A stretch of 64,000 bases of DNA from assembly GCA_013152435.1 (NCBI GenBank), contig JAADGJ010000061.1, positions 5,034-69,033 on the forward strand, in the 5' to 3' direction. Under the pieces are notes generated by a model. That model made no database searches. It saw nothing but the letters and a program-made list of their open reading frames with translations, and was not told where the DNA came from. This stretch comes from Chloroflexota bacterium. Its GTDB lineage: Bacteria > Chloroflexota > Anaerolineae > DUEN01. Within the stretch, counting starts at the first letter, position 1. Each line of letters begins with the position of its first letter. Below, piece after piece: positions 1-10,684 of this stretch. A program made the position numbers and the translations under genes.

Positions 1-1302
1 GATGATTCGCTGCACGGCCTCCTCCACGGACATGTCGCCGGACTGTATGAGCCCTGTGTAGCGGTTGAAGATGTCCATGATCTCGCCGCCGGCGAGCGTC
101 TGATAGGGGTGGCCGGTCACTGCGTAGTTCTCCAGGGCATCCAGGTAGTATTCGGCGTGGTCCGGAGCGGGATCGGACTCGATCCAGCTTTGGTAGGCCG
201 CCTTGCGGGCTGGGCTGCCTCGTCCGGACTCTCCCCACATGAACTCCATCCCCTCTACCGAGAGGTACTCGCGCATGTAGGTCCAGGCGACGTCCGGATG
301 CTCGCAATCGCGTGTGATCCCGTAGCCGCTGCCGAACGATCCCGTCCTTCGGACCTTCGGGCCCTTGGGCCAGGGGGCCACATCCCACTCGAATGAGGCG
401 AGCTCATGCAGCTGGGGCGTGCCCCAGGAAGCGAGCGCGAACATGGCGGCCACTCCGGCGACCCAGATCCCGGCTGGGACAGCCTGGGATTCGGCCGGGG
501 TGGGGGCCACTTTGTGCACGTGGATCAGGTCCGTCCACCATTGCAGAGCCTCGATGGACTCCGGCATATCGAGCAGGATCTTGGTGTCGTCGTCGTTAAA
601 CGAGCGTCCCTCCCAGGGCCCCAGGATGGCTTCGCTCTGCTCGTTGCCGAGCCCTACGATGGTGCCGTAATAGCCGCCCCATCCCCACTGGCCCTCCTTC
701 GTGAGCTTCTTGGCGTTCTCCAGGAGGTCATCCATCGTCCATGTCTCGTCGGGGTAGGGCAGGCCCGCCTCATCGAAGAGGTCCTTGTTATAGCCCAGGA
801 TGATGGGGCCGTGGTCATAGGGGATCTCGTACTGTTCGCCTTTAAATCTGTACAGCCTCAGGGCCTCCTCCCAGATCCCCTCGACGTTGAATTCCTCATC
901 CGAGTCCACGTAGTTCTGCACGCTGACGAGGATGCCTTCGAAGTTCCAGGGGAAAGCGTAGCGTCCGTGCACGTAGATGATGTCCGGCAGCGTGCCCGCG
1001 GCGGCCCAGGTGGGAACGATCGTGTTGTGCTCGCTCCAGGTGTTGTTGGTCACCTTGATCTGGATATCCGGATGTCGCTCCATGAACATGTTGTCGAACT
1101 TCTTCTGGTGTTCGAGGAACACGATGTCCCAGGCGTGGGCCGTGGTTAAGACCGTTACCTCCGGTGCTTCGGTGGGCTTTTCCTCCTTCCCCGTGGGAGC
1201 TGGAGCGCCCGCGGGTGGCGCACATGCGGCCAATGCCGCTCCGCCGACAAGCCCTGCTGCAAATCCCAGGAATTCCCGTCGCGTCATACGTTTCGCAGTC
1301 AT
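1..1302 (-). CDS. ABC transporter extracellular sugar/solute-binding protein (family 1 SBP), 3' end outside window
   Basis: By-eye translation of the reverse strand from the ATG at 1302..1300 (RBS GAAGGAGA upstream) gives MTAKRMTRREFLGFAAGLVGGAALAACA... (Tat-like RR motif plus lipobox). The frame stays open to position 1 and the protein looks like a periplasmic sugar-binding protein. It is missing from the ORF track because no stop lies inside the window. Confidence 0.6.
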   Translation of the reverse strand, partial: MTAKRMTRREFLGFAAGLVGGAALAACAPPAGAPAPTGKEEKPTEAPEVTVLTTAHAWDIVFLEHQKKFDNMFMERHPDIQIKVTNNTWSEHNTIVPTWAAAGTLPDIIYVHGRYAFPWNFEGILVSVQNYVDSDEEFNVEGIWEEALRLYRFKGEQYEIPYDHGPIILGYNKDLFDEAGLPYPDETWTMDDLLENAKKLTKEGQWGWGGYYGTIVGLGNEQSEAILGPWEGRSFNDDDTKILLDMPESIEALQWWTDLIHVHKVAPTPAESQAVPAGIWVAGVAAMFALASWGTPQLHELASFEWDVAPWPKGPKVRRTGSFGSGYGITRDCEHPDVAWTYMREYLSVEGMEFMWGESGRGSPARKAAYQSWIESDPAPDHAEYYLDALENYAVTGHPYQTLAGGEIMDIFNRYTGLIQSGDMSVEEAVQRII

Positions 1303-1823
1303 GTGCCGTCTCCTTCTTCCTTCCGATACGTGTATCGGCTTGTGTGCTGTGGGAATCGCGCCGCCGATATTCACCCGTGCTGCGAGAGAATGCAACGCTG
1401 TCTCCTGGACCGATGGATAACTATATCCTATCACCCCCTTCCCCACGGTTTTCCCCCGGCGGATCTGAACGGAGTGAAGCGACCTTGATGGATATTGCGA
1501 TGTCCTTCGCGTCGGTGCGTTCCGGGAGGTCTGATGTACGCGGCGAGTACGATGGGTCGCGACGAGGAACGTTGTGGTACCGGTATCACACGTCTCGCTG
1601 TAGTAAATTATAAACGACGCCTGGTACGGGTGTCAATACCCTATCCCTTGAATTTTGCGCAAAAACGGGCCGTTTCCGCGCGGGGAGAGCGCCGTATGGG
1701 GCTGATGGAGGACGCTCACGTGGGAGGAGGAAGGGACGGGGAAGGCGCCGCTCTGTCCCTGCGGGAGGAGGTCGGCCTCCCGCTGCGAGGTGGCCGAGGA
1801 AACCCGGCGCGAATGTCGGATGT

Positions 1824-1852
1824 TTGACAAGGTATATGCCCTGTGCTAGTAT
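1824..1852 (+). promoter_or_regulatory. sigma70-like promoter (TTGACA-17 nt-TAGTAT) ahead of peptide ABC operon 1
   Basis: Near-consensus -35 TTGACA at 1824-1829, a 17-nt spacer, and TAGTAT at 1847-1852. A ~240-nt leader follows before the ATG at 2099. Confidence 0.4.
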
Positions 1853-2098
1853 AGACCAGATTATGAGAATTGGGCGACCCTGTGCTTTCGAACTGTGGAG
1901 ACCGGATATTGGGCCGTGACGACGCTCGCGGTGGGTCGCCTGTTCATTTTCGCTAGATCCGCCGGGATGCAAACGGCCGGTTCACCTCTGGCCGGAGCGA
2001 ATTCCAAGCCTGTGTTTTTCTACCCGTGATCGCGGTAAGATAGCGCGTGGTCGCTATTTGTTTGCTATGATCTCTACCTCTTTCATCAGGAGGACCGT

Positions 2099-3082
2099 AT
2101 GGGCACGTTGCTTGAGGTGAAGAACCTGCGCACCCAGTTCTTCACCCAGGATGGCATTGTTCACGCCGTGAACGGCATCTCGTACACGCTGGACGAGGGG
2201 GAGACCCTGGCCATCGTGGGTGAGAGCGGATGTGGGAAGAGCGTCGGTGTCATGTCCCTGATCCGGCTGATCCCACAGCCTCCCGGCAAGATCGTCGATG
2301 GCGAGGTGTGGTTTGACGGGCAGGACTTGCTCAAGATCGACGAGGAGGAGCTTCGGCAGGTGCGGGGGAACCGGATCGCCATGATCTTCCAGGATCCGAT
2401 GACCTCGCTGAACCCCGTGCTAACCATCGGACAGCAGGTCGGCGAGGCGTTGCAGCTTCATCTGGGAATGAACAAGCAACAGGCCCGTCAACGGTCCATT
2501 GAGTTGTTGGAGATGGTCGGCATCCCGGATGCGGCCGATCGCATCGATGATTATCCTCACCAGTTCTCCGGCGGCATGCGTCAGCGTGTGATGATCGCCA
2601 TGGGGCTCTCCTGCAACCCGCAGATCCTCATCGCGGACGAGCCCACCACGGCCCTGGACGTCACGATCCAGGCGCAGATCATCGATCTGGTCAAGCGCTT
2701 GAAACGCGAGGTCGGCATGGCGATCATCTGGATCACCCACGACCTGGGGGTGGTCGCCGGCCTGGCCGAGCGCGTGATCGTCATGTACGCGGGGTATATC
2801 GTGGAAGAGGCCGCGGTGAACGACTTGTACGCTGATCCGCGGCATCCTTATACGTTGGGGCTGTTGCGCTCGATCCCCCGCCTGGATAAGGGGCGGCAGG
2901 CGAAATTGCAGCCCATCGAGGGGTTACCCCCTGACCTTCTGGACCCACCGAAGGGATGCCCATTCGCACCGCGTTGCTCATACCGCATCGATCGGTGTAA
3001 TGAAGAGAACCCAGCGCTGGAGACGGTGGCGCGTGGTCACCGCGTGGCATGTTGGGTGGACGTAAAGGGGGCGCGGAACTGA
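2099..3082 (+). CDS. peptide ABC transporter ATP-binding protein (DppD/OppD-like)
   Basis: Walker [12 protein letters not shown] signature LSGGMRQR, C-terminal oligopeptide-ABC extension with CPFAPRC motif. RBS AGGAGG upstream. Confidence 0.9.
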   Translation: MGTLLEVKNLRTQFFTQDGIVHAVNGISYTLDEGETLAIVGESGCGKSVGVMSLIRLIPQPPGKIVDGEVWFDGQDLLKIDEEELRQVRGNRIAMIFQDPMTSLNPVLTIGQQVGEALQLHLGMNKQQARQRSIELLEMVGIPDAADRIDDYPHQFSGGMRQRVMIAMGLSCNPQILIADEPTTALDVTIQAQIIDLVKRLKREVGMAIIWITHDLGVVAGLAERVIVMYAGYIVEEAAVNDLYADPRHPYTLGLLRSIPRLDKGRQAKLQPIEGLPPDLLDPPKGCPFAPRCSYRIDRCNEENPALETVARGHRVACWVDVKGARN

Positions 3083-4086
3083 TGGCAGAAACGAGTCAAA
3101 TCGGTCGGAACGGGGATATCTTGTTGCGGGTCGAAGGCCTGAAGATGCACTTCCCCATCACCCAGGGGATCATCTTGCAGCGCCAGGTGGGGAGCATCAA
3201 GGCCGTTGATGGCATCGATTTCTATATCCGGCGCGGCGAGACATTGGGGCTGGTGGGCGAGTCCGGCTGTGGGAAGTCGACCACCGGCCGGGCGATCCTG
3301 CAGCTATATCGCCCTACCGCGGGGCACGTCTATTTCGATGGAGAGGACCTCACCTTGATGAAGGGGGAGCGGCTGCGTCAGCAGCGTCGGAAGATGCAGA
3401 TGATCTTCCAGGACCCCTATGCCTCGCTCAACCCCCGCATGACGGTAGGGAACATTATCGGCGAGCCGCTCGAGGTGCATAACATCGCCCGGGGCAAGGA
3501 GAAGCGGGACCGGGTGATGGAGCTGCTGCAGGTGGTTGGCCTCAATCCTTATTTCATCAACCGTTATCCCCACGAGTTCTCCGGCGGCCAGCGTCAGCGC
3601 ATCGGGATCGCCCGGGCGCTGGCGGTGAATCCGGACTTCATCGTGTGCGATGAGCCCATCTCGGCTCTGGACGTCTCCATTCAGGCCCAGATCATCAACC
3701 TGCTGGAGGACCTGCAGGCGCAGTTCGGCCTCACCTATCTCTTCATCGCGCACGACCTGTCCGTGGTGCGGCATATCTCCAACCGGGTGGCCGTGATGTA
3801 TCTGGGCAAGATCGTCGAGATGACCGACCGGGATACGCTGTACAAGAATCCGTTGCATCCCTATACGCAGGCGTTGCTGTCCGCTGTGCCCATCCCGGAT
3901 CCCCAGATCGAGGCCAAGCGTCAACGCATCATCCTGGAGGGGGACGTGCCGAGCCCGGCGAATCCGCCCAAGGGCTGCAACTTCTGCACTCGATGCCCGA
4001 AGGTGATGGACATCTGCTGGGAAGAGGAGCCTCCTTTCCGGGATCTCGGCGATGAGCACTTCGTGGCCTGTTTCCTGTACGAGTGA
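3082..4086 (+). CDS. peptide ABC transporter ATP-binding protein (DppF/OppF-like)
   Basis: Walker [10 protein letters not shown], signature FSGGQRQR, C-terminal CNFCTRCP motif. I preferred the ATG at 3082 (RBS AAAGGGGG) over the overlapping upstream start at 3049. Confidence 0.85.
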   Translation: MAETSQIGRNGDILLRVEGLKMHFPITQGIILQRQVGSIKAVDGIDFYIRRGETLGLVGESGCGKSTTGRAILQLYRPTAGHVYFDGEDLTLMKGERLRQQRRKMQMIFQDPYASLNPRMTVGNIIGEPLEVHNIARGKEKRDRVMELLQVVGLNPYFINRYPHEFSGGQRQRIGIARALAVNPDFIVCDEPISALDVSIQAQIINLLEDLQAQFGLTYLFIAHDLSVVRHISNRVAVMYLGKIVEMTDRDTLYKNPLHPYTQALLSAVPIPDPQIEAKRQRIILEGDVPSPANPPKGCNFCTRCPKVMDICWEEEPPFRDLGDEHFVACFLYE

Positions 4087-4321
4087 GTTCTCCCTGAAGG
4101 CGCAAGCTTCTGCGATGTGAGGATTGGCCGAGGGCGTCCCCGATAGTCGCCTGTCTCCTGCCCCATGTGGTTGGCGATGGCGCCCGCGGTTGGGGAAGGG
4201 AGGTGATATGGCGCTCGCTTTACGACGATCGTGTTGTCAGCATCGCCGGCTGATCGTGAAAGGGCGAGTTTGCGCCTGTCGATGAAGCAGCTGTGCAGAT
4301 CCAATGAACTAGGAGGGGAGT

Positions 4322-6340
4322 ATGTTGCGCAAGAAGTGGTTTGTCATAATGGCCGTTCTCGTGATCTCGAGCATGGTCCTCACGGCCTGTCCCTCCGGCA
4401 CTCCTGAGAAGGAGGTCGTGGAGGTCGTCAAGACCGTTGAGGTGACCAAGGTGGTCGAGAAAGAGGTCATCAAGGAGGTCGTGGTTACGCCGACGCCCGC
4501 TCCGGTGACCTTCGAGTCCCCCGACCCGAACACCATGGTCGTGGCTACCATCGGCGATCCGGAGACCCTGGACCCCGCTTTGAACTACGAGACCGCGGGC
4601 GCCAACATCATCCAGAACGTCTACGAGACCCTGGTTTACTACAACAAGGATGATGCGACCTCCTTCGTGCCCCAGCTGGCGACCGACTGGACGATCTCGG
4701 ATGATGGCTTGACCTACACCTTCACCATCCGCAAGGGGGTCAAGTTCCACAATGGCGCCGATCTGACGCCCGAGGATGTGGCCTACTCCTTCCAGCGTGG
4801 GTTGCTGCAGGGCGGTCCGGATTCGCCGCAGTGGCTGCTCACGGAGCCGTTCCTGGGTGTGGGCATTTACGACATCGCCGACCTGATCGACCCCGAGCTG
4901 GAGGGTGATCCCGAGGGCTTGCAGGCGACAGACCCCGACAAGCTGATGGAGGTCTGCCAGCAGGTGAAGGACGCCATCGTCGCGGACGAGGAGAACTGGA
5001 CGGTCACCTTCCATCTGGCACAGCCGTGGGGGCCCTTCCTGGCCACCATCGCCCAGGGCTGGGGCAGCATCATGGACAAGGACTGGGTGATCGAGAACGG
5101 TGGCTGGGATGGTGACTGCGCGACCTGGGCGAAGTACTACGGTGTGACCTCGGAGAACGATCCCTTCACCAGCATCATGAACGGCACGGGGCCCTACAAG
5201 CTGGAGCGCTGGACGCCGGGTGAGGAGATCGTCCTGGTTCGCAACGAGAACTACTGGCGAACCCCCGAGGTGGGCCCGGCCTGGGAGGGTGGCCCCGTCG
5301 GACCGGCCGCGATCGAGCGGATCGTGATCAAGTCCGTCAGCGAGTGGGGTACCCGCTTCGCCATGCTCCAGGCGGGCGATGCCGACACCGCGTACGTGCC
5401 GCGGCAGAACGTCTCCCAGGTGGATCCCCTGGTGGGTGAGATCTGCGAATATCAGGAAGACGGCTCCTTCAACTGCCAGCCTTCCGATAACCCGGATGCG
5501 CCGCTGCGGCTGTACAAGGGCATGCCTGGGGTGAGCCGCACGGATGCCTTCTTCGTCTTCAACATCAACGTCGAGGGCGGCAATCCCTTCATCGGCAGCG
5601 GCCAGCTGGACGGCAACGGCATTCCGCCCGACTTCTTCAGCGATATCCATGTCCGACGCGCCTTCAACTACTGCTTCGACTGGGAGGCCTTCATCGAAGA
5701 GGCTCTGAACGGCGAGGCGGTGCAGAACGTGGGCGTGTTGATCCCCGGCATGCTGGGGTACGACCCCAACGGGCCCAAGTACACCTACGATCCTGAGAAG
5801 TGCGCTGAGGAGTTCAAGCAGGCCTGGGACGGCCAGGTGTGGGAGAAGGGCTTCCGTCTGCAGATCGCCTACAACACCGGCAACGTCACGCGGCAGACCG
5901 TGGCCGCGATCCTGCAGGCCACCCTGGCGGACGTGAACGACAAGTTCCAGGTGGAGATCGTCGGGCTGCCGTGGCCGACCTTCCTGCGGCAGATCCGTGG
6001 CGGGCGGCTGCCCATCTTCGTCAGCGGCTGGCTGGAGGACATCCACGATCCGCACAACTGGGCGCAGCCCTTCACCGTCGGCACGTATGCTCGCCGCCAG
6101 AACATGCCTGAGGAGCTGCTGGACAAGTTCACGGAGCTGGTGAACGCGGGCGTCTCGGAGACCGATCCGGCGAAGCGAGCGGAGATCTACAAGAAGCTCT
6201 CTGAGCTGGACTACGAGTACGCCCCGGCGATCCGCCTGGCCGTGGCCACTGGCCGCCGCTACGAGCAGCGCTGGGTGCAGGGATGGTACTACAACCCCAT
6301 CTATCCCGGTACCTACTACTACGCGCTCTCTGAGAAGTAA
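4322..6340 (+). CDS. ABC transporter substrate-binding lipoprotein, family 5 (peptide/nickel, OppA/DppA-like)
   Basis: Lipoprotein signal MLRKKWFVIMAVLVISSMVLTAC. A KEVV-rich tandem repeat linker is followed by a typical family-5 SBP core. RBS AGGAGGGGAG. Confidence 0.85.
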   Translation: MLRKKWFVIMAVLVISSMVLTACPSGTPEKEVVEVVKTVEVTKVVEKEVIKEVVVTPTPAPVTFESPDPNTMVVATIGDPETLDPALNYETAGANIIQNVYETLVYYNKDDATSFVPQLATDWTISDDGLTYTFTIRKGVKFHNGADLTPEDVAYSFQRGLLQGGPDSPQWLLTEPFLGVGIYDIADLIDPELEGDPEGLQATDPDKLMEVCQQVKDAIVADEENWTVTFHLAQPWGPFLATIAQGWGSIMDKDWVIENGGWDGDCATWAKYYGVTSENDPFTSIMNGTGPYKLERWTPGEEIVLVRNENYWRTPEVGPAWEGGPVGPAAIERIVIKSVSEWGTRFAMLQAGDADTAYVPRQNVSQVDPLVGEICEYQEDGSFNCQPSDNPDAPLRLYKGMPGVSRTDAFFVFNINVEGGNPFIGSGQLDGNGIPPDFFSDIHVRRAFNYCFDWEAFIEEALNGEAVQNVGVLIPGMLGYDPNGPKYTYDPEKCAEEFKQAWDGQVWEKGFRLQIAYNTGNVTRQTVAAILQATLADVNDKFQVEIVGLPWPTFLRQIRGGRLPIFVSGWLEDIHDPHNWAQPFTVGTYARRQNMPEELLDKFTELVNAGVSETDPAKRAEIYKKLSELDYEYAPAIRLAVATGRRYEQRWVQGWYYNPIYPGTYYYALSEK

Positions 6341-6365
6341 ATCGGTCTGGAATGGGGGATGTAGC

Positions 6366-6403
6366 GGGGGAGGGCCTAGCCCTCCCCCGTTGCCTTGTTT
6401 TCT
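6366..6403 (+). terminator. GC-rich hairpin plus U-tract between the SBP and permease genes (likely attenuator/partial terminator)
   Basis: GGGGGAGGGCCTAGCCCTCCCCC stem-loop followed by GTTGCCTTGTTTTCT. Confidence 0.4.
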
Positions 6404-6634
6404 GGTGTGTTGCCGTGGGACCTCTTGGGGACTCTGTTAGGAAACCTGAGCATGTGAGATCCGAGGTGGCAGTTCCCATGCTGTCGCAGGTGGAGCGTGG
6501 TAGCTCCTCCCGCTTGGAGGGCGTGTTTGAGAGATGCCATTGATCTTGAGTCTTCAGACACACCCTGAGGCAACGCGATGGATCCCGCGCCCCATTCCCA
6601 GACATGTTCCTGATTTGCGTAGGAGGATGGGGGT

Positions 6635-7699
6635 ATGACGAAATATGTGATTCGAAGGCTCTTGATGGTGCCCGTGATCCTCATGGGCGTGACGATGCTG
6701 ATCTTTGGTGTGTTGCAGTTTCTGAGCCCGGCTGAACGTTCCGCCTTGTATGTGCGCGATATTCCCAAGAACGAGCGCGCTTTGGAGGGGATTATCCGCC
6801 GCTATGGGCTGGATAAGCCCATCTACGTTCAGTACTGGCGTTGGTTGGTGGGGCAGCGCGATCCGGTGACGGGCGAGATTGTGGGAGGGATTTTGCGGGG
6901 CGACTTGGGCTACTCGCGTACCTCCTCCCAGCCCGTGGCGGATCTGATCAAACACCGGTTCCCCGCGACATTGGAGCTGGCGTTATGGAGCATTATCCCG
7001 ATCATCGGCGGGGGGGTGTGGCTGGGCGTGATCGCTGCCGTCAACCATAACAAATGGATCGATCAGGTGGCCCGCGTGTTCAGCATCGTGGGGTATTCCT
7101 TCCCCACCTTCGTGTTCGGGCTGTTGGTCCTCATGATCTTCTACGCCCATCTGCAGTGGTTCCCTCCCGGGCGTATCTCCGACTGGGCCAATCAGGTGAT
7201 CAACTCGCCCGAGTTTAAGAATTACACGCAATTGATCACGATCGACGCGCTGTTGAATTTGCGTTTCGATGTTTTCCTGGATGCCATGCGGCATCTCCTC
7301 CTTCCCGTGATCACGTTGGCCTATCTCTCCTGGGCTTTGCTGCTGCGCGTGACCCGCTCCTCCATGCTGGAGTCGCTGCGCCAGGATTACATCACGACGG
7401 CCCGGTCCAAGGGACTGCGCGAGCGGGAGGTGATCCGGCGACACGCGCTGCCTAACGCCCTGATCCCCGTGGCGACCATCGGGGGGTTGACCGTGGTGGG
7501 ACTGCTGAACGGCGTCGTGATCACGGAGACGGTGTTCAATTATCCGGGGATCGGCTCGGCGGCCGCCCGGGCCGCGCTGCAGCTCGATGTGGTGACGATC
7601 CTGGCGTTTACGCTATTTAACGGCTTCATCCTGGTCCTCGCCAATCTGGTGGTGGACATCTTGTACGCTTACATTGACCCGCGAGTGCGGTTGGAATAA
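6635..7699 (+). CDS. peptide ABC transporter permease (DppB/OppB-like)
   Basis: Multi-TM protein with the BPD-transporter EAA-like region. RBS GGAGGATGGGGG. Confidence 0.85.
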   Translation: MTKYVIRRLLMVPVILMGVTMLIFGVLQFLSPAERSALYVRDIPKNERALEGIIRRYGLDKPIYVQYWRWLVGQRDPVTGEIVGGILRGDLGYSRTSSQPVADLIKHRFPATLELALWSIIPIIGGGVWLGVIAAVNHNKWIDQVARVFSIVGYSFPTFVFGLLVLMIFYAHLQWFPPGRISDWANQVINSPEFKNYTQLITIDALLNLRFDVFLDAMRHLLLPVITLAYLSWALLLRVTRSSMLESLRQDYITTARSKGLREREVIRRHALPNALIPVATIGGLTVVGLLNGVVITETVFNYPGIGSAAARAALQLDVVTILAFTLFNGFILVLANLVVDILYAYIDPRVRLE

Positions 7700-7720
7700 A
7701 GTAAGGTTGAGGAGTACGCT

Positions 7721-8764
7721 ATGGCTACTGCCACAAAGCCTGTGCAGACGAATGCGATGTCGCAAGCTTTGGCTGAACGCGAGATGGGGCGCTTGGAACG
7801 TTGGCTGGGAACGGAAAATTATCGGGTTCTCAAGGCGCTGGTCACCAATCCCCTCTCCGTAACCGGGTTGGTCCTGCTCGCCTTCTTCGTCTTCATCGCG
7901 GTGGCTGCACCCGTATTGGCTCCGCCGGCCGGCCGGGATCCCTACCGGATCCCGCGCGATGGCTATAGCCCCGACCCCAAGCCGCCGGGCACCGAATGGC
8001 GTCGGCGCGAGCCGCCCCTGCCCTTCTGGTGGAAGCCGATCATGAAGACCGATCGTTGGGTCCACCTGCTGGGGACGGCCAGCGGGCAGTGGGATATCTA
8101 CTACGGTGTGGTGTGGGGAACCCGCACCGCCTTTCGGGTCGGCCTGATCATCACGCTATCCGTGATGACCATTGGGATCCTGATCGGCTCCGTCTCCGCG
8201 TATTACGGGGGATTAGTCGATACGATCCTAATGCGCATCACCGATATCTTCCTGGCCTTTCCCTTCCTGGTGGCCGCGCTGACGCTTTCGGCCATCCTGA
8301 CGCCCATCGTCGGAAAGGGGATCCTTCCCGCCACGATCGCTCTGATCGCCTTTGGCTGGATGGGGTACGCGCGCCTCATTCGGGGGGATATCCTGTCCGT
8401 CAAACAGCGCGATTTCGTGATGGCCGCTCGGGTGATCGGGGTGAAGGATCACAAGATCCTGATCCGCCACATCATTCCCAACGCCATCTTCCCCACCCTG
8501 GTGGTCGCCTCCATGGACATGGGGACGTACGTCCTGAGCTTCGCGGCGCTCAGTTTCCTGGGAATCGGCGCGGAGTTCGGTTACGCGGACTGGGGACAGC
8601 TCCTCTCCTTCGCCCGGGACTGGATCACCCAGCTGGCCACGTATTGGTATATCGTCGTCTTCCCCGGGACGGCCCTCGTCCTCTTCGTCCTCTCCTGGAA
8701 TCTGGTGGGGGACGCGGTGCGGGATATCTTCGACCCGCGCATGCGGGGCCGGGGCGGAGCGTAG
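7721..8764 (+). CDS. peptide ABC transporter permease (DppC/OppC-like)
   Basis: Multi-TM permease with a long N-terminal periplasmic segment. Adjacent to and co-oriented with the DppB-like gene. Confidence 0.85.
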   Translation: MATATKPVQTNAMSQALAEREMGRLERWLGTENYRVLKALVTNPLSVTGLVLLAFFVFIAVAAPVLAPPAGRDPYRIPRDGYSPDPKPPGTEWRRREPPLPFWWKPIMKTDRWVHLLGTASGQWDIYYGVVWGTRTAFRVGLIITLSVMTIGILIGSVSAYYGGLVDTILMRITDIFLAFPFLVAALTLSAILTPIVGKGILPATIALIAFGWMGYARLIRGDILSVKQRDFVMAARVIGVKDHKILIRHIIPNAIFPTLVVASMDMGTYVLSFAALSFLGIGAEFGYADWGQLLSFARDWITQLATYWYIVVFPGTALVLFVLSWNLVGDAVRDIFDPRMRGRGGA

Positions 8765-8804
8765 GCGACGGGGTATGTGACGCCCGATCGGATTTGAGCC
8801 TTCC

Positions 8805-10505
8805 GTGTTTCCTATTCAAGCGTTCTCATCGATCTTTCAGAGACGCCGTGCCACCCTCGGGTGGTATGGCGTCTTTCTCGTGCTGGCCGGCTTGTGGCTC
8901 CTGGCCTCTTCCTGTTCCCGCTCTCAACCCCCGGTCCCGACCGCCGGACCGCCTCCGCCCGCCCCTGTGGCGACGTGGACGCCCACCCCGTTGCCTCCCA
9001 CCCCCACGCCGACGGCGACCCCAGGGCGACGGAACATCACGGTGGGATTGTCCCTGTCCGCCGCGACCCTGGACCCGCTTTTGTTGCCCTGGGACGATCC
9101 GGCGGCCCGGTTTCTGGTGGATGCCCTGTTCGATCGGCTGATGCCGCCCGACGCGGCCGATGGACGCCTGACGTCGGGGATCGTGCAGGCCTGGCGCGTG
9201 TCGGAGGACGGGCGCGCCATCACCCTCACGGTGCGTTCCGGTGTGGCCTGGCATGACGGCCGTCCGGTCACGGCCGAGGATGTAGCGTTTACCATCCGGG
9301 CGGCCCTGGACCCGGATCGGGACAGCCCCTACTTTGTGCGGCTCATGCCCGTTCGCTCGGTTGAGGTGGCTGGGGAGGCCACGGTGGTCGTGCGGCTGGA
9401 CGAGCCCTCCTGTCCCACGCTGACGGCCCTGGGCGATCTCCCGGTGGTGCCGGCGCATCGCTTGCGAGAGGGGGCATGGGAGGCGTTTGGGCGTGTCCCC
9501 GTCGGCAGCGGCCCGTTGCGCTTCGTCGAATGGCAGGGGGACGGCGCGTTCACCCTCTCGGCCGCGGAGGGCCATTGGCGGGCCCGGCCGCGGATCGCCA
9601 CCTGGTACGTGCGGCTGCTCTCCGCCGGGGAGATGGCGGGCGCGTGGGAGGCTGGCGAGCTGGATATCGCGATCCTGCCCCGCGCGTTGGCGCTGGACCC
9701 GCCATCCGATTGGCCTATCCGATGGGCGCCGGGACTGGAGTATGTGGGCGTCTTCTTCAACCAGGAGCGATTGGGGCTCTCCGATGCTCGCGTGCGTCGG
9801 GCGCTGTCCATGGCCCTCGATCGCTCACGGCTGAATCAACTCGTCCTGGGCGGTCGCGGGCTTCCGTTGGCCGCGCCCTGGCTGCCCTCGACCTGGGCCA
9901 TTCAACCCGCGCCGACGCCGCCGCCATTCGACCCGGAGCGGGCGGGGGGATTGCTGGACGCGGCCGGCTGGCGGGATGAGGACGGGGACGGATGGCGGGA
10001 GAGGGGGGATGAGCCTCTGCTGGTCCGCGTCAAGACGAACGGCGAGAACCCGGTCCGGCGTGATCTGGCCATGCTGGTGGCGGCGGCCTACCGCTCCGTT
10101 GGCGTGCCCGCCGAGGTGGAGATCGTGCCTTACTTCAGCCTGATCGACGCGCTGTTCCGACACGATTACGATGTGGCCGTCTTCAGCTGGCCCATCGATC
10201 TGGACCCGGATCCGTCGCGCTACTGGCGCTCCGATCAGACTGAGCCGCGCCGTGGCTTCAACCTGACCGGGTGGCGGGATGATCGCACCGATGTTCTGTT
10301 GCGGGAGGGGTATGCGGCCCGGGCGTGCGCGTTCGACGAGCGCCGGGAGGCTTATCACGCGCTGGCCGTGCATCTGGCGGAGCAGCGGCCCGTGGATGTC
10401 CTGTTTGCGCTGCCCGCAGGCGTCGTCGTCCGGCCGGGGCTTCAGGGCGTAACGGTCAGTCCCTTCGCCGGCGTGGGGGCATCGTTTCCGGACTGGCGGT
10501 GGTGA
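8805..10505 (+). CDS. second ABC substrate-binding lipoprotein, family 5
   Basis: Signal/lipobox LLASSCS, a Pro/Thr-rich linker, then an SBP family-5-like body. Its position at the end of the operon is unusual. Confidence 0.7.
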   Translation: MFPIQAFSSIFQRRRATLGWYGVFLVLAGLWLLASSCSRSQPPVPTAGPPPPAPVATWTPTPLPPTPTPTATPGRRNITVGLSLSAATLDPLLLPWDDPAARFLVDALFDRLMPPDAADGRLTSGIVQAWRVSEDGRAITLTVRSGVAWHDGRPVTAEDVAFTIRAALDPDRDSPYFVRLMPVRSVEVAGEATVVVRLDEPSCPTLTALGDLPVVPAHRLREGAWEAFGRVPVGSGPLRFVEWQGDGAFTLSAAEGHWRARPRIATWYVRLLSAGEMAGAWEAGELDIAILPRALALDPPSDWPIRWAPGLEYVGVFFNQERLGLSDARVRRALSMALDRSRLNQLVLGGRGLPLAAPWLPSTWAIQPAPTPPPFDPERAGGLLDAAGWRDEDGDGWRERGDEPLLVRVKTNGENPVRRDLAMLVAAAYRSVGVPAEVEIVPYFSLIDALFRHDYDVAVFSWPIDLDPDPSRYWRSDQTEPRRGFNLTGWRDDRTDVLLREGYAARACAFDERREAYHALAVHLAEQRPVDVLFALPAGVVVRPGLQGVTVSPFAGVGASFPDWRW

Positions 10506-10684
10506 TTGGATATGGAGCCCCGGTTTCTCCGGGAGGCCGGAGCGCTGGATACCGGGCGTGTTGATTTGCCTCATTCGACTCTTCGGGTACAATGGCGGCA
10601 ATCCCGGGGTGCCACTCTGTGTCGGATAATAGATCACTGCGTTCCGACGAGAGGATCAGGTTGCCCTGATAAGGAGAACGAGGC

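Noticed and set aside
4220-6055. 611-aa minus-strand ORF antisense to the family-5 SBP gene
   Set aside because: Low-complexity Arg/Gly/Asp/Leu-rich translation typical of antisense frames in high-GC coding DNA. The plus-strand gene has a clear signal peptide, an RBS and family motifs.
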